A stretch of DNA of 64,000 nt from the NCBI RefSeq assembly GCF_009914755.1, contig NC_060937.1. The stretch is one strand, 5' to 3'. The notes below the pieces were generated by a model. The model was not told the DNA's origin. It worked only from the letters and a program-made list of their open reading frames with translations, and did no database searches. This DNA comes from the human T2T-CHM13v2.0 reference genome, Homo sapiens. This document shows, piece after piece, positions 14,944 to 28,500 of this stretch. Position 1 is the stretch's first letter. Every line of letters starts with the position of its first letter. The translations under genes were made by a program, and so were the position numbers.

Positions 14944-17900
14944 AGGGGGATAGTTGTATTTCAGAATACTGAAATGGACATCAGCCATATGAAGAAAAGT
15001 TATAACTTTTTTCTCTTCTATTATTTGGTGTCCTGAAATATTTTTATAGAGGGAACATGTGGCTGGAGGGACTTGATCTCCAACCATTCATGCAGCATAA
15101 GGTTAGCCCAAATACAGAAATGGGTCCAACTGGCGTGGGTAGAGAGAATGCCAAACTCAAATGCCTTATGCTAGAATATTCAGTGTAGGAGGAATCTAGA
15201 AACTACTTAGTCTAAGCTCTTCATTTTACAAATGAAAAAACAAAAGTCCAATTATGAAATGACTTGTAGAATATTACAAAATTAGTGAGTGTAACAGGAT
15301 GAACATTTTTATAACTTGCTATATGCTATTCATTGAGTGTATATATATATACATATTCAATGAATATATATACACACATACATAAATATAATTTTTAAGA
15401 TGAAATTTTAAGGTAGTCATTTTTATCTTCATTTTACTGAAAAAAGAAATCCCGAGGATGAGATCTAATTCTGAGTTTTTATATGGATTCACTTTTTTTC
15501 TTCTTTTTACTTTATTTGACACAAGGAAGAGTTCACAAAATCTCCAGATGGGAGAGAATCTAAAGGAATCCTGACTGTCACATGTGATACATGCTAGTAG
15601 GTGCAAAAGACAGTATCTCCTTGTCACTCATTTTCATATCGATTATATAGCCATGAAAATCACAATTAGATGTGACTGAAGACCTAGCTAACTTGCTTCA
15701 TTTTGTTTCCTTTGGTTGCTTTGTGAGTAGAAAGGCTGATGCTTTAAAGTTCTTGCCCTTTATGAGGTGGTTTAAATAGCATGTCATTGATGAAACAAGT
15801 GAAATTTGTCACATCTAATTTCATTTTTTCAGAGAGTTGCATCAAAAGTTTATGGATACCAACTTCATTTTTAATGAGGAAAAAACTTGCTTTGTTGCCT
15901 TTGAAACATGCAAACCTTTGTTCATGTCCCCAGCCCTTTCTCTTGAGATTGGGCCTATAGGTGGCAGCAACTGTTAGCTGTTGAGCTTGGGTGACATGTG
16001 CCATAAGTTCTCTTGAAATACTTTAAATACTTTAAATATTCTTGGATACTTGAAAATGAAATTTTCTCTAGATAAGAAAGTGAAAGGTCAAACTTGAATC
16101 GTGACTGTTGAAGGATTCATACACTACAGTCAACATTATATAGATTAAAAATGGTGTAGGGGCTTGAACATTCTATATTTTAAAAGTTTGCAATGTGATG
16201 ATGGTAGAGTTCAATCTTTAAGATTTGTGACTGCTGTGGTCAGATTGGTTATCCTTTGCTCTCCATTATTTTGTGTAAAATGGGCTTTTGAACTTAGAGT
16301 AATCTAGAATAAATCAGTTCCTCTGAGCTTAACATTCAATAAAAGTTGAGATTTTGATTCATGTACTATCTGTTTTACACAATGAATGTGTCATAGAAAT
16401 GTTTAGTACAATTTAAGTTTTTGCAAATCAAACAATGCTTACTTGCATAAAGCAGTTTATACTTTAAGGGGAACTTGCAGGGAAAATTCTACTCCAGTTT
16501 GAATTATTTCATAGGAACTTTTTTGAGAATTTGGAATTTTGTTAACCTGTTTTCCTAGATGAGGAACACCTGTGTTTAATAATGCCTTCCAACAGTCTGC
16601 TAGATTGGGAGAGAACTGAAACAATATGGACTTTAGCAGGCTGTCTATAGGTGACTGCTAAACTCCACTTTGGCATGACTAATCTAATCACACCAATTAT
16701 CTTCATGGTTTATATTACTTGTGGCTCAGTCCATTGAGGAGACAGTGGATTGCATCAGCCCCATTTCAGTCAACTGGACCCAGCCTTTGTGTTTCCTTAT
16801 TCTGAAGATTACTTAAAATGCTGCTTCTCTATTCACTAGACTTTTATAAACCTCCTAAAGTACCACATATGATAGAAGACGAGCTGCTTTTAATATTGAC
16901 CTTTGGCCATTCCTCAAAAACAACTTATTTGATTTAATTTCCTAAGAGAATTTTTATGTGCAGTATTTAGTTGGGCTACTTCTACTGTGTGAAGAAAACG
17001 TCATTTCCCTTTATTACATTGACCCAATTTGAAAGAGAAAAAAAAAATGGCATCACATTTGGAACTAAAGTTTTAGCGCATGCCAACAGCAAGACTCACT
17101 GAATCAAAACAGATGGCTAAAAAATAGTTTGGAATAGATGTATCTATCCTATAGATGCCTGTTAAAGAATTTTAGAAAAATGAGGTATGGCTTTTTCATG
17201 CTATAACCTTGGCAATAATTTATAAATTTTGATTTTTTAAAATATATTTTGATATTGAAATAACATGGCTAAAATTAAAATTGAGTATGAACAACGGAAC
17301 ATCTTTTGTACTGGGATTTATCGAAGATTAAAATCAAAGGGTTCATTTCCTCCTTTGGGACTAGTCTGCAGTTGATCTTTTAGGTATTTGTTGTTGGTTT
17401 ATTTGGATTTGTTTTTTGAGTGTGCTGGGTGGATGGATGAGGGCATAGAACAGATCCATAGACATTGACCTACAAAAGCAAATGTTATGTGTAATCAAAT
17501 CAGCTACAATCTGTATTACTAGGCAAAAATATTAGAACCCCACGAGAATGTGCTGAAAAACAAAATATCACATAACTTTTAGGGGAATGCAGAGGAAAGA
17601 GCCTAATACAAGGCAAAGGTGAAGAAATAAAAGAAAGTGCTTCAAACAGATGGGCCTTTTCTACAGAGAACTTCCTTGTTGTCCTTCCACTTGAAAATAC
17701 ACTATACTGTATTTAATCCTTTAATCCTTATCTTTAAAGATAAGGGTTTGTCCCAATGATTATTTTATTATTGCTCTAAACTTGTATAAAATGTAACAAG
17801 TCACACCTTACATTTTTAAAGGAGACTACCTTTCTACTTTTTAAAATCCAGGTTGTATCGTCATTGGGTAATACTTTGTCTATATCCATGCACCAAACAA

Positions 17901-18247
17901 TATTTAGCAGGAATAGTGCTTACTAACCGATTAAATTCCAGATGCATCCTTGGTAATAGCCCCTCGTCTATCCGTGGACTTGGTCCTCATTATTACTTTC
18001 TTGTACTCAGTGCATCTTCTTGATACAGTTCTCTTTTGCCTTGAGTGGGGTGAACTGCAACCATGTGGCCCTAAAGGAAATGTCCCAGGGGTTTCTGAAA
18101 ATCAATTTTTCTTTTTAGACAATGCTGTGATTTTGGATGAAAAAACTATAGAGTGTCTCCAAGATCAGTCACCTCTCCCCAAAATAATTCCTTCTCTGTG
18201 ATGTCTTCTGAAGTCCACATTTTAAAATTCCTCCCTTGTCCACCCAA

Positions 18248-18267
18248 ACACACACACACACACACAC
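18248..18267. repeat. (CA)n microsatellite
   Basis: Direct reading. Confidence 0.85.
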
Positions 18268-18439
18268 CCCCATAAACACCAACAAATTAAGCTCTGCACT
18301 ACATCACATGTCTCTTATGTCTCTTTTCTCCACAGATTAATCATAAGACTTCAGCATTTTACCTTACATATACCTTGTTAGAGAAAAATCGCCAATCTTT
18401 TCAGTCTCAACACGGTTGTATTTATTATTGAGCGAAATG

Positions 18440-18575
18440 ATAATTCTAAGATATAAGCTTTATGAGGGCAGCATTATTAACTATTTTGCTCTTTGTAGTT
18501 TGCAGTTTTGCCAACACCATAACAGAGTTTGGTATGTAATAGTTTCTCAATAAGTACTTGTTGAATGAATGAATC
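18440..18575 (+). mobile_element. L2 3' end relic
   Basis: tataagctttatgagggcag ... ctcaataagtacttgttgaatgaatgaat tail. Confidence 0.7.
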
Positions 18576-21191
18576 ACTAAGAAAATTAGTGGAACAAATT
18601 TAACGGTTTTGCTGTGATACAATCTCTAACTTTCCTCCAGTTTAGAATTAAGCTCCAGTTTCACACAAACACTCTGGTACTCTAATTTCTCATTAAGCAC
18701 CTTAATTTACCAGAGACTTATTCTGTTCCTATTATCTTGTCAGTGCTTTCGTACCATGACTAGAATAACAGCCATTTTCTCTTCTCTTCAATACATAAAA
18801 AGCCTACCTTTACCCCAAGAATGAATGCTTTAGAATTTTTCTCACTCTTGAGTGCTCTAAGGCATTGCAAGGCTTTGCTGTCCACTTGAACAGTTGATAA
18901 TAGTCCTTTGATGTAGAGCTTTGAACAAGAGATAAGAAATAGTAATCTAACCATAGCTTATGCTGATAGTCAACAGGACCATCTTGCTATTCATGCCACT
19001 AAAGATTATTTTCTACCTTGCTGTCCAATTAACATAAAAACTCTCTCAAAATTATGTAGAGGCCATAAACTATACCTTCTAATTGTTCACTTCTCTCTCT
19101 CCCTCTCCTACCTTCTAGTACCGTCTATTTTTTCTGAGTCTTATCTGCATGATAAGACATAGGATGTAAACAAGAGTGGCATTCTATGTCAACTCTCCTT
19201 TTCATGGACGGTATCGCCTGAAATGAAGTACAGTCAGAGTGTAAATATATGTACCTTTCTTTCTGAGTAAACAGTTTCAAAAAAGAAGCCACAACAGAAG
19301 TGTTATTTTTAAAAACTGTTGATCACAAATAGTGGGGAATTTTTTACTGAGTTGGAAGGAGATTTGACAAAAGTCACAGTTGTTGGTACTAAGTTTTTGG
19401 TGCTGAGACAGGAATTGTGCTACCTCCTCATTCAACCTAGATTTGGGAGGTGACAGACCCAGTGCAAGTCTACTCTTGCATTCTTATGCTTTGAAGAATC
19501 TTGAGATAAACTCTCAGAAATGGGCTAACTAGCCACAGGAAAGTTTGTTATCTTTAAAAGACTTAAACATCCCACCTTCATCCTTCCTTCATTTGGTCTT
19601 CACCTTGTCCAAGAGAAAACCAGTCAAAGGGCTCATTTAGAAACATTTTCATTCTGTTGAGACTGATTCAAACATTTTCCCAAAACTTCTTTCTAGACCA
19701 ATCTGGTTTTCCTGCCAAGAAATTCACTCTCACTGCTCTGCTTCCTGGGATTTGGGCATTAGCTATTGGTCTCTTTCTGTGGTTTTCTCTGTTTTTGTCT
19801 CCATGTTCAGCTTACTTTCCTTAATAAATCTAAGTTATCTCACTCTTTGAAACTTCTTGGTCCACATTGCTCAAAAGCAGAGCCAGAGGAAAAGGCAGTT
19901 CATGTCTCATTACTGTGGCAGAGGTTTGGACACTCCCAGAGGGCTCTCTGTTCCTCCTCCTCCCGCTGGCTATTGCAACAGGTTCCTGGAGTCAGACAAT
20001 GCATTATCATGAGGATTACACTGATCAGCTCTAAGTCAGTTAGGTAACAGGAGCTCTTTCAATGGTGTCCTAGGATTTTGTCAGGTTGACTGTTCAAACA
20101 CTGGTTTTTGGGATCCCCTCCAGCATTCCTTAATGTAATCCAGGCATGTTATTGCAGGTTCTATTTGAGAAGGGGCTACTTACTTGTCACTTAGAATATT
20201 TTCAGTTTTAAGTCAAAACCTTTTCAGAAAAAAAAAGAAAAAAAAGACAAAAGATATGAGAGCCCATGTAGGAGAGGCAGAAAAGAACAAAATGCAGAAA
20301 AGTCTATCAAATGCCAAACTTAGGTTAAGTGCACGTGTGCTCCGGAGAATGAGGTTTCTGTTTTGTTTTACATAGAAACTGCGATGGTTTTGCACTGTTT
20401 TGGTAACTACTGAGTAACTACTAAGTCACTACTAAGATCCAGTGAATTCAAAGGCAGAGGAACACAGGCAAGAGTGCAGGTCTGAGCTGCTTAGAAGGCT
20501 CAGAGATGTGTGTCTGTGTTTGACCCTCAGTGGGAGGAAGTGCTATAGGCTCCTGGTGGATGCCCATTTTTTTACCATATTATGCTATTGGATACTATTA
20601 AGAAGACAGGCACATTTCTGGGTGCCAGGGAAGAGACAGTGGTTCCAGATGAGTCAGACTGCTGCTGTCACCTCCTCCCTGCTGGAAAAACAAGACTCAG
20701 AAGCGACTTGGAGATGTTCAGAACTTGGGGTGAAGGCGTAAAGAGATGAAGTTTTCAAAGACCAACCATTTGCCAATGCCCTTTAAGTAGATATGAGTTG
20801 TCATATTTTAGCATAGTTTTTCTGGACAGAACCCCTTTAGATCTCTACTGTGATGTGACAGGCTCTTCCCAAACTTGCATAGAGAAGTGAAGTGGCTAGG
20901 TACAGAGCAAGGGGAGAGAAGACACTGTCTATAGATTCCAACCAAGGACCTTTTCCAGACCTTACTCTCCCTTTTTTATTTCTCATCCATTGTAATCTCA
21001 TCCTGGGGTGCTATAAAGATACATATCCCTGGGGTGCTACTTAAATTATGGGATATAAATATAACATACCCCAGAGTCACCTCCATTAAATCTAATGGAA
21101 ATTCAGACTTCATGGAAATCAACTATGGCACTTTTCTTGAGTATTTCTGGATTATTTAGTAATAATATATATCTTTCTTAACCCCAGCCCC

Positions 21192-21415
21192 ATATATATA
21201 TATTATATTATATATATATACATATTATATAGATATACATATATACACACATTATATATATACATATATACATATATTATATATAATATATATTATATGT
21301 AATGTATATATGGATGCATTATTACTGTGCATGTATATATATACACACACACTCTCCAGGATGCATTATTACTGTGTGTATATATATATACATACACATA
21401 CACAGACTTATATAC
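21192..21415. repeat. (TA)n/(CA)n low-complexity tract with an internal duplication
   Basis: Direct reading; ggatgcattattactgtg occurs twice. Confidence 0.85.
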
Positions 21416-21499
21416 AGCACTGAACATTCTGAATTAGTAATAATTTGTTCATTTTTTATCAGACTTTACTAACAGGTCAGGGTGATATGGCCCAGCCTG

Positions 21500-21760
21500 A
21501 GAGGCAATATGGCAAAATATAAAGTGCAGGCAGAGTAAAAAAAAGAAATGCTCTTCCTTTTAAAATGTAGCCATCATTTATGGCCTTGGGTAGTTGATAT
21601 AAACTCTCCACAACTGAGGGTCCTAGTTGGTAAAAAAGGCTTCATAGACTTATTGTACATTACATTGCTGTTTATATATACATGTTTTTATATACATTCC
21701 TTTTAAATTGAAGTGTCATGCTCAGTGCCTGACACACTATAAGTATCCAATAAATGACAT
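21500..21760 (+). mobile_element. MIR relic
   Basis: tggccttgggtagttgatataaactctc ... cagtgcctgacacactataagtatccaataaatg. Confidence 0.5.
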
Positions 21761-24469
21761 CTCCATTTTTCTTTCCATATAAGTTAAAGGCCTTCTTACA
21801 AGAATTGGTGACTAAAAGAAATCAGTGTATGAATATTTTAAAAACTGAAGTGCTTTAAAGAATGCGTGTCTCCCACTCTAAATTTCCTTAGATCACTAGT
21901 CTTCTTTGCACTTAAAAATGTCATCAGTATACTATGTAGATTCTGCCTTTGATTTGTAGTGATTAGATAGGACTGGTGAATCATTAGCTAACTCATAAGA
22001 TTGTTGAATACTTGGAGACAGTGAGACGCAAGCATATCTCTAGATCTCAGTTGGTCCAAGGTACATGTCTCTGCTCCTAAAATTATGCCATTCTTTCTAA
22101 ATTCTCTGAAAAAACCCTAAAATAGATAATCCATCTCTGATGCTATATATTGGCCTATTTTCATTCCCTATGGGTCTGAGTCCAACTGTCTAGCAAATGC
22201 ACTTAAAAATGATAATGCTGTCCTCAACACTATCTTCAGGGCTCCCTGCCAGTTAGATGTTTTCAATGTCTTTTTCTTTCTTTCTTTCTTCTGGCTTCTC
22301 CCAGCGGTTGGAGCTGTCTCATGATGCTGCCAACCTCTACAGCCCCCTGGAGAAACCAACTTAGCTACAGGTTGGGACGGGGGTAGGGAATGGGAGTGTG
22401 CGGCTTTATTCCATTTGAGACAGGGGCCATATGTGCTCACATCCACACCTATGTATTTTTTCCTCACCAGTAGTTGTTAAGTTGTTAATTCTGTTCTTGA
22501 TAGGTTTTAAAAGAAAGGGGGAAAAATGCTCGGGCTAAAAGACCCAAGAGAAGGAAGCAGGAGTGGTTGCTATGAGCTTTGAAACATGCACACGAGCGTG
22601 CATGCACACACACACACAAATACATGGACAAAAGGATAAATCGAAAAAGAATGCGACAACCCTTGCTTGGTTTAGCAGTCCGGTCAGCCCTACAGATGAG
22701 GAAGTGCTGCTTTGTCCCAAGCTAAAGCCTTGTTTTCTTGTTCATTGTCTTTCTGGGTAAAATCTGGGGGAAATTCACCTGTCTGATGCAAAGTTAAACT
22801 GCTGGCTTTAATGTGACTGCATGGGAACTTGGGTTTATTAATGAATACAACATACCCTCTTTGATTTGAAAGCTTTCACCCTGCTGAAAAGATTCAAAAG
22901 GCATCGCTTCCTGCACCAGCGGCATTCCTTTATCCGTCTCAGTGGTTCACCCCTACCCAGCTGCTATATCTCATTAACAAGCATTTGACCACTGCAGCCG
23001 GCCTGGGAGTGTTGACACTTGAAAAGCCCAGGCAGGCGTGGGCAGGCCATCAGCTATGGCAACAGGAAACTGCCCCGGAGACAACACTGAGAAAACAGCA
23101 GCTGCAAAAGCCAAAGTCAGAGCAGACATAAAGGGCTGCCTATATCCACGTTGGTCTGGGGTATCGATGCATGCCTGTGGGTCTGAATCCACACATCTAT
23201 TTACTGTATTCACAGGATAGAAAGGTTGCTATCAGCATGTATCAGAGTCAGAGCTTTTTGACAACGCAGAATAATTTTTTTGACTTATGATGTTCTTGGA
23301 TCCTTAGGTTTCTTATTCTCCTAACAACCTAAATTCTTGTTTGTGTACTTAAGAATATTCACCAGAGGCCTCAAGCTTTATATACACATTTACTCTAGTG
23401 GAAGTCATATGCACAATTAAAAAAATGTATATGCATGAACGCTTACATATTTTTCATGCTGCTACATTATTTTTCAAGAACAAGTAAACTTGTGAGACTG
23501 TCATATGAATATATAAGATTACTTTAAAAGCCTTTGGTTTAGGAATCAAACTGGTGGTTTTGTGTAAAATATTTAAGAATGAAAGCATTCTTTCAATTGT
23601 GCAATAGCTTGTAAAATTAAGTGGGTTATTTCATATATATTATTGATTATAATTTTAAATACCTATTTTAATATCATTTATTGACTATTCATTTAATTGT
23701 AGGCCTTTCAATACCATACGTGTTGTTTCTACATTCATCAGAAGAGTTTAAAGTATAGACTGTCTCATGTAATGCTCTGAGCAAGCATTTTTCCGTATCT
23801 TCTGTGTCCATTTTCAAGCCTGTAAAAGAATTTTTAGTGGCTAGGTAAGCGATAGTTCAAAATCAATGTTTTTCATCCATAAAGAAAGTAACCCTTTACA
23901 GAACAGGAAAAAGAGATCACTCCATAATAGCAGAAGAAAGAAAGCTAAATGAAAGCTAAATGCAAAAAGACACTAATGCAATGTGTTACAAGTGAAGGTA
24001 GTGGTCTGCCATTCGAAGAGTGGTGAAGTATTTTCCTGTCATCATCAGTACAATAGGCAATTAGTGATTATCACATTGAAGTATACCATTACTTTATTCT
24101 TTTCAGTAACTCAGATTTATGTACGTTTGCCTATCACTCATCAAAAAAGCTCTTTTTAATTTATTCACATTGTTACTCTAAAATAGTTAATTAGATTTAA
24201 AAAAGATGTGAATGTATTTTAAATTATCACAGCTTCTTTTGGGGAGGTTAGAATATGCTTCTTGAGTGCAGTGAATCTTCCAGTTCTACCTTCATTCACC
24301 TTTTACGCTCCAGGGAAAGAGTAGACTGTACCAGCCTTGACTGGAAATTTATGTTCTTAACAAAATAATAGTGATAGAAACATCTTCCTGAGAGCCATTA
24401 AGATATTTACATTTGAAGTCAGTTTTTCTGACCCAGTCATAGATGGTCACATTCATTTCTGATAGGCAA

Positions 24470-24712
24470 GATGCTGCCCAGGCTCTGGAATCAGACAGCT
24501 TGGGAGCAACTCTCAGTCCTGCCACCTACTAGCAAGGCAAACCTTGAGTAAGTTTTCTGTGCCTCAGACTCCCAGTCTATTAAATAGTGGTAAGATGAAT
24601 AGTACTTAATTCATAGGGTGGTGTAAGGATTAGATGGATGTACACACACATACACTTCAAAAAAGTGTCTATCACATACTAAGCAGTCAATAAATGTTAA
24701 CTGCTGCCATTA
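24470..24712 (+). mobile_element. MIR
   Basis: ggctctggaatcagacagcttggg...ctgccacctactagc...ctgtgcctcag...gtcaataaatgttaactgc. Confidence 0.8.
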
Positions 24713-24864
24713 TTAATACCAACCTCTTTCCTTATCATATCACAGTTTACCCTTTTATACTCATTTGTATTTCCATAGAACTTATTCTAGTTTATATTGT
24801 TATATGTGTGTGTTGACTTATTTATTTTATAACAAAACTCTTTCCCTGTCTTCCCCTAACCTAA

Positions 24865-24865
<1 letters not shown>

Positions 24866-24902
<37 letters not shown>
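24866..24902. repeat. Pure (CA)n microsatellite, about 18 units
   Basis: Direct reading. Confidence 0.95.
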
Positions 24903-24903
<1 letters not shown>

Positions 24904-26483
24904 CTATAGGCTTTATGAAATCATGGACTTGCTGAGTGAATGCATTTGTGTAGATCTAGCCTCAGAGACAAAAAAGAACCAAGGGTGAATTTTAATAAAT
25001 TAATCCCATAATGGGAAAATGCCTGATGTATACAGTTTTAGGAACAGGATGATTACTGTTTTAAGAGATATCTATGTTCATCTATATTGTAAAGGTTATG
25101 CCCATGCCCTGGCAAATCTTACTTTGATGCTATTGCCTCATAATTAATTCTATTGGACTGATGATTCACAGTTTCTGTCCTATATATCTATTATGATAAT
25201 CTCAAGATTGAGTTGTTTATTTTAGGGCTCATATATTAAGTTCCGTGTAATGTACAATGTTCTTAATAAAAATTGACATGAATTTAAAGTATTGTTTAGA
25301 GTTTCTATAAGTTGAACTTTAATTTTTGGTTAAAATTTTTTCCTGGTAGTTAACTGGGGAGGAAAGGGGTGATAGGGAAAACTATGGTGATAAAACCATA
25401 GAGCATCTAAAATCCAACCAAGATATATTTGAGTGGACCAAATTTTAAGCCATTTCAAGAAACATCCAAGAACTTCTACAAGAAAATTTTCTTTATAGCT
25501 GCATCCCATGCAGTTTCTGGAACTACAATGATTTCCACGTTTTTGTTTTGTTATCCTTGCCTTGTTTATATATTTTTTGGAGGATATGATGGAATTGGGG
25601 AGCTTATAATACTTGTAACCTCCCTTGGAATTAACCTTGCAGACAGATGGACTCAGGTAAGGAAATTAGAAGTGTCTGTGAACAAGAGAGGAAACATAGC
25701 TGATACATGGGGACAAACTAGGTGCTCCTGGGGACAAAGTGGAGGCTAATCGGAAGGCCTTAACCACATTGAGGCTTGAAAGTCATGTCTCAATTCTTAC
25801 AAATGATGGACTTCAGTCTGCCCGGGGCAGAAACAAACTGTGGGTCATTGTGGGAAAATCAGACATTTTAGAGTTGAAAATGTTCCAAACCACCCAAAAA
25901 AGCATTTATTATGAGGAGAAACAATCTGATGCCTATCATAAGTCCAGCTTCACTCAGACTCATTGATATACAAAATAATTCACTCCACCTTAGCATTAAT
26001 CGACTTGAATTCTATTTTTTTATAACTTCACTTATAAACAGAATCTCCCTGACCCCTGAATCACTCATTTTGGAAAGGAGGCAATCAGCACATATGATAC
26101 ACGCTGTTCTGGGATTACATGTATTCTCTCATTTAATCCATAGCATAGCCAATCAATATCAGTATTTTTATTTTCATTTTTGAGATGATAGCAGAGACTA
26201 GTTTTAATAAAACAAAGTTTTAGTAGATGAATAAAGTAGTTTTAGCAGAACAAAGAAGTCAAGTTCATTCTAATTTTTTTACAGTTCAGAGATAGGATTT
26301 TTAAAAAATGTTCCAAACGTGCTGGCTCCTGAAGGAAACCAAGTGGCAGTTTCGACACTCACCGTGACACATGGGGTAGGCAGTTGTGTTATGTCACCCC
26401 TATAAAAAGGGCTTGAAGGAAAAAAAGATTAGGTTGCTCTGGCTTTGCAGGCACATTTTGGATTTGGAGAATATAAGGTCTTT

Positions 26484-28500
26484 TAAAACTAATTAATTTT
26501 TTAATTGACAAAAATTGTATGTATTTATTATGTACGACATAATGTTTTGAAATATGTACACCTTTGTGAAATGGATAAATCCTACTAATGAACATATCTA
26601 TGATTTCCTCCACTTATTTTTTTGTGTGGAAAGAACACTTAAAATCTACTGTCTTAGTGATTTTCAAGTATACAATACACTGTTAATAACTATAATCATC
26701 ATGCTGTACAATAGATCTCTTGAATTTGTTACTCCTACCTAACCAAAATTTTGTATCCTTTGACCATGATTTCACCCAACCACTCTCATACCCCCAGGCT
26801 CTGGCAACCCCCATTGTATTCTCTACTTCTACTTCTTTTAGATTTCACATGCAAGTAAAACCATACAGCTTTTGTCATTCTGTGCCTGCTTATTTCATTT
26901 ATCCCAGTGTCCTCCAGTTTCATCCATGTTGTCTCAAATGACAGGATTTCCCTTTTAAAGCTGAATAGTAGTTCATTAGGTATATATGCCACATTTTCCT
27001 TATCAATTTATCCATTGATGGGCACTTAAGTTGACTATTGTGAAAAATGCCACAGTGAACTTCAGAGTGCAGATAATCCTTTGACTTAACTGATTTCATT
27101 TTCTTTGGATATATATCCAGTAGTGGGATTGCTGGATCATATAGTAGTTCTATTTTTAATTTTTTGAGGAACCTCCATACTGTTTTCCATAATGTCTGTG
27201 CTAATTTACATTCCCACCAATACTGTGCAAGGGTTATCTTTTCTCTACATCCTCACCAGCATTTGTTATCTTTCATCTTTTAGATAATAGCCATTTTAGC
27301 AAGTGTGACTTCATTGTGGTTTTCATTTCTCTGATAATTACAGATTTTGAGCATTTTTCCTAATACCTGTTGGCTATTTGTATGCCTTCTTTTAAGAAAT
27401 GTCTATTTAGATCCTTTGTACATTTTTAAATTGGATTGTTTTCTTTCTATTGAGTTGAGTTGCCTATATATTTTGGATATTAACTTCTTACAGGATGTAT
27501 AATCTGCAAATATGTTCTTCCAGTCCTTAGGTTATCTCTTCACTCCATTGACTGTTTCCTTGGCCGTGCAGAAGCATTTTAGTTTGAAGTAATCCCATTT
27601 GTCTATTTTTGCTTTTGTTGCTAGTGCTTTTGAGTGCATATCTAGAAATTATTGCCAAGACCAATGTCATGAAGTTTTCCCCCTTGTTTTCTTCTAGTTT
27701 CTGGTCTTTAAGTTTTTAATATATTTTGAGTTTATTTTTGTATATGGCATAAAATAAGGGTCTAATTTCATTCATCTGCATGTGAATATTCAGTTATCTC
27801 AACATAATTTGTTGAAGAAACTGGCTTTTCTTCATTGTATGGTCTTGGCACCCTTGTCATAAATCAATTGACTATAAATGCATGAATTTATTTCTGAGCT
27901 CTCTATGCTGCACCATTGGTCTATGTTTATATATTTTTTTCTAATACCATGCTGTTTTAATTACAATAGCTTTGTGCTATATTTTGAAGTCAAATAGTAT
28001 AATGCTTCCAGTTTTGTTTTTGTTTAGCTCAAGATTGCTTTGGCTCTTCAGGGTCTTTTTTGGTTGCATGCTAATTTTAAGATTTTTTTTCTATTTTTGT
28101 AAAAAAAAAGTGATTGGAATTTTGATAGGGATTGCATTGAGTCTGTGGATCACTTTGAATAGTATGGACATTTTAACAATATTCTTCCAATCCATGAACA
28201 TGGGATGTTTTTTCATTATTTTGTGTCTTCTTCTATTTCTTTTATCAATATCTTACAGTTTTAAGTGCATAGGTATTTTACCTTCTTGGTTAAATCTATT
28301 CCTAAGTGTTTTTATTTTTTCTATAATTTTAGTCATTGTAAATGAGATTTAAAAAATTATCCTTGGGTAGTTCTTTGTTAGTGTATAGAAATGCTACTGG
28401 TTTTTGTATGATTTTTTATCTTGCAACATTACTGAATTTCTTTATTAGTTCTAACAGTTTTGGATAAAGTCTTTAGAATTTTCTGTATATAGGATCATGT
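26484..28500 (-). mobile_element. L1MA-like element, 3'UTR and ORF2 3' part
   Basis: ttaattgacaaaaattgtatgtattt 3' end; antisense ORF2 text up to MILYTEN (just after the RT FADD motif); EILSFETTWMKLE at 26786-26992. Confidence 0.88.
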
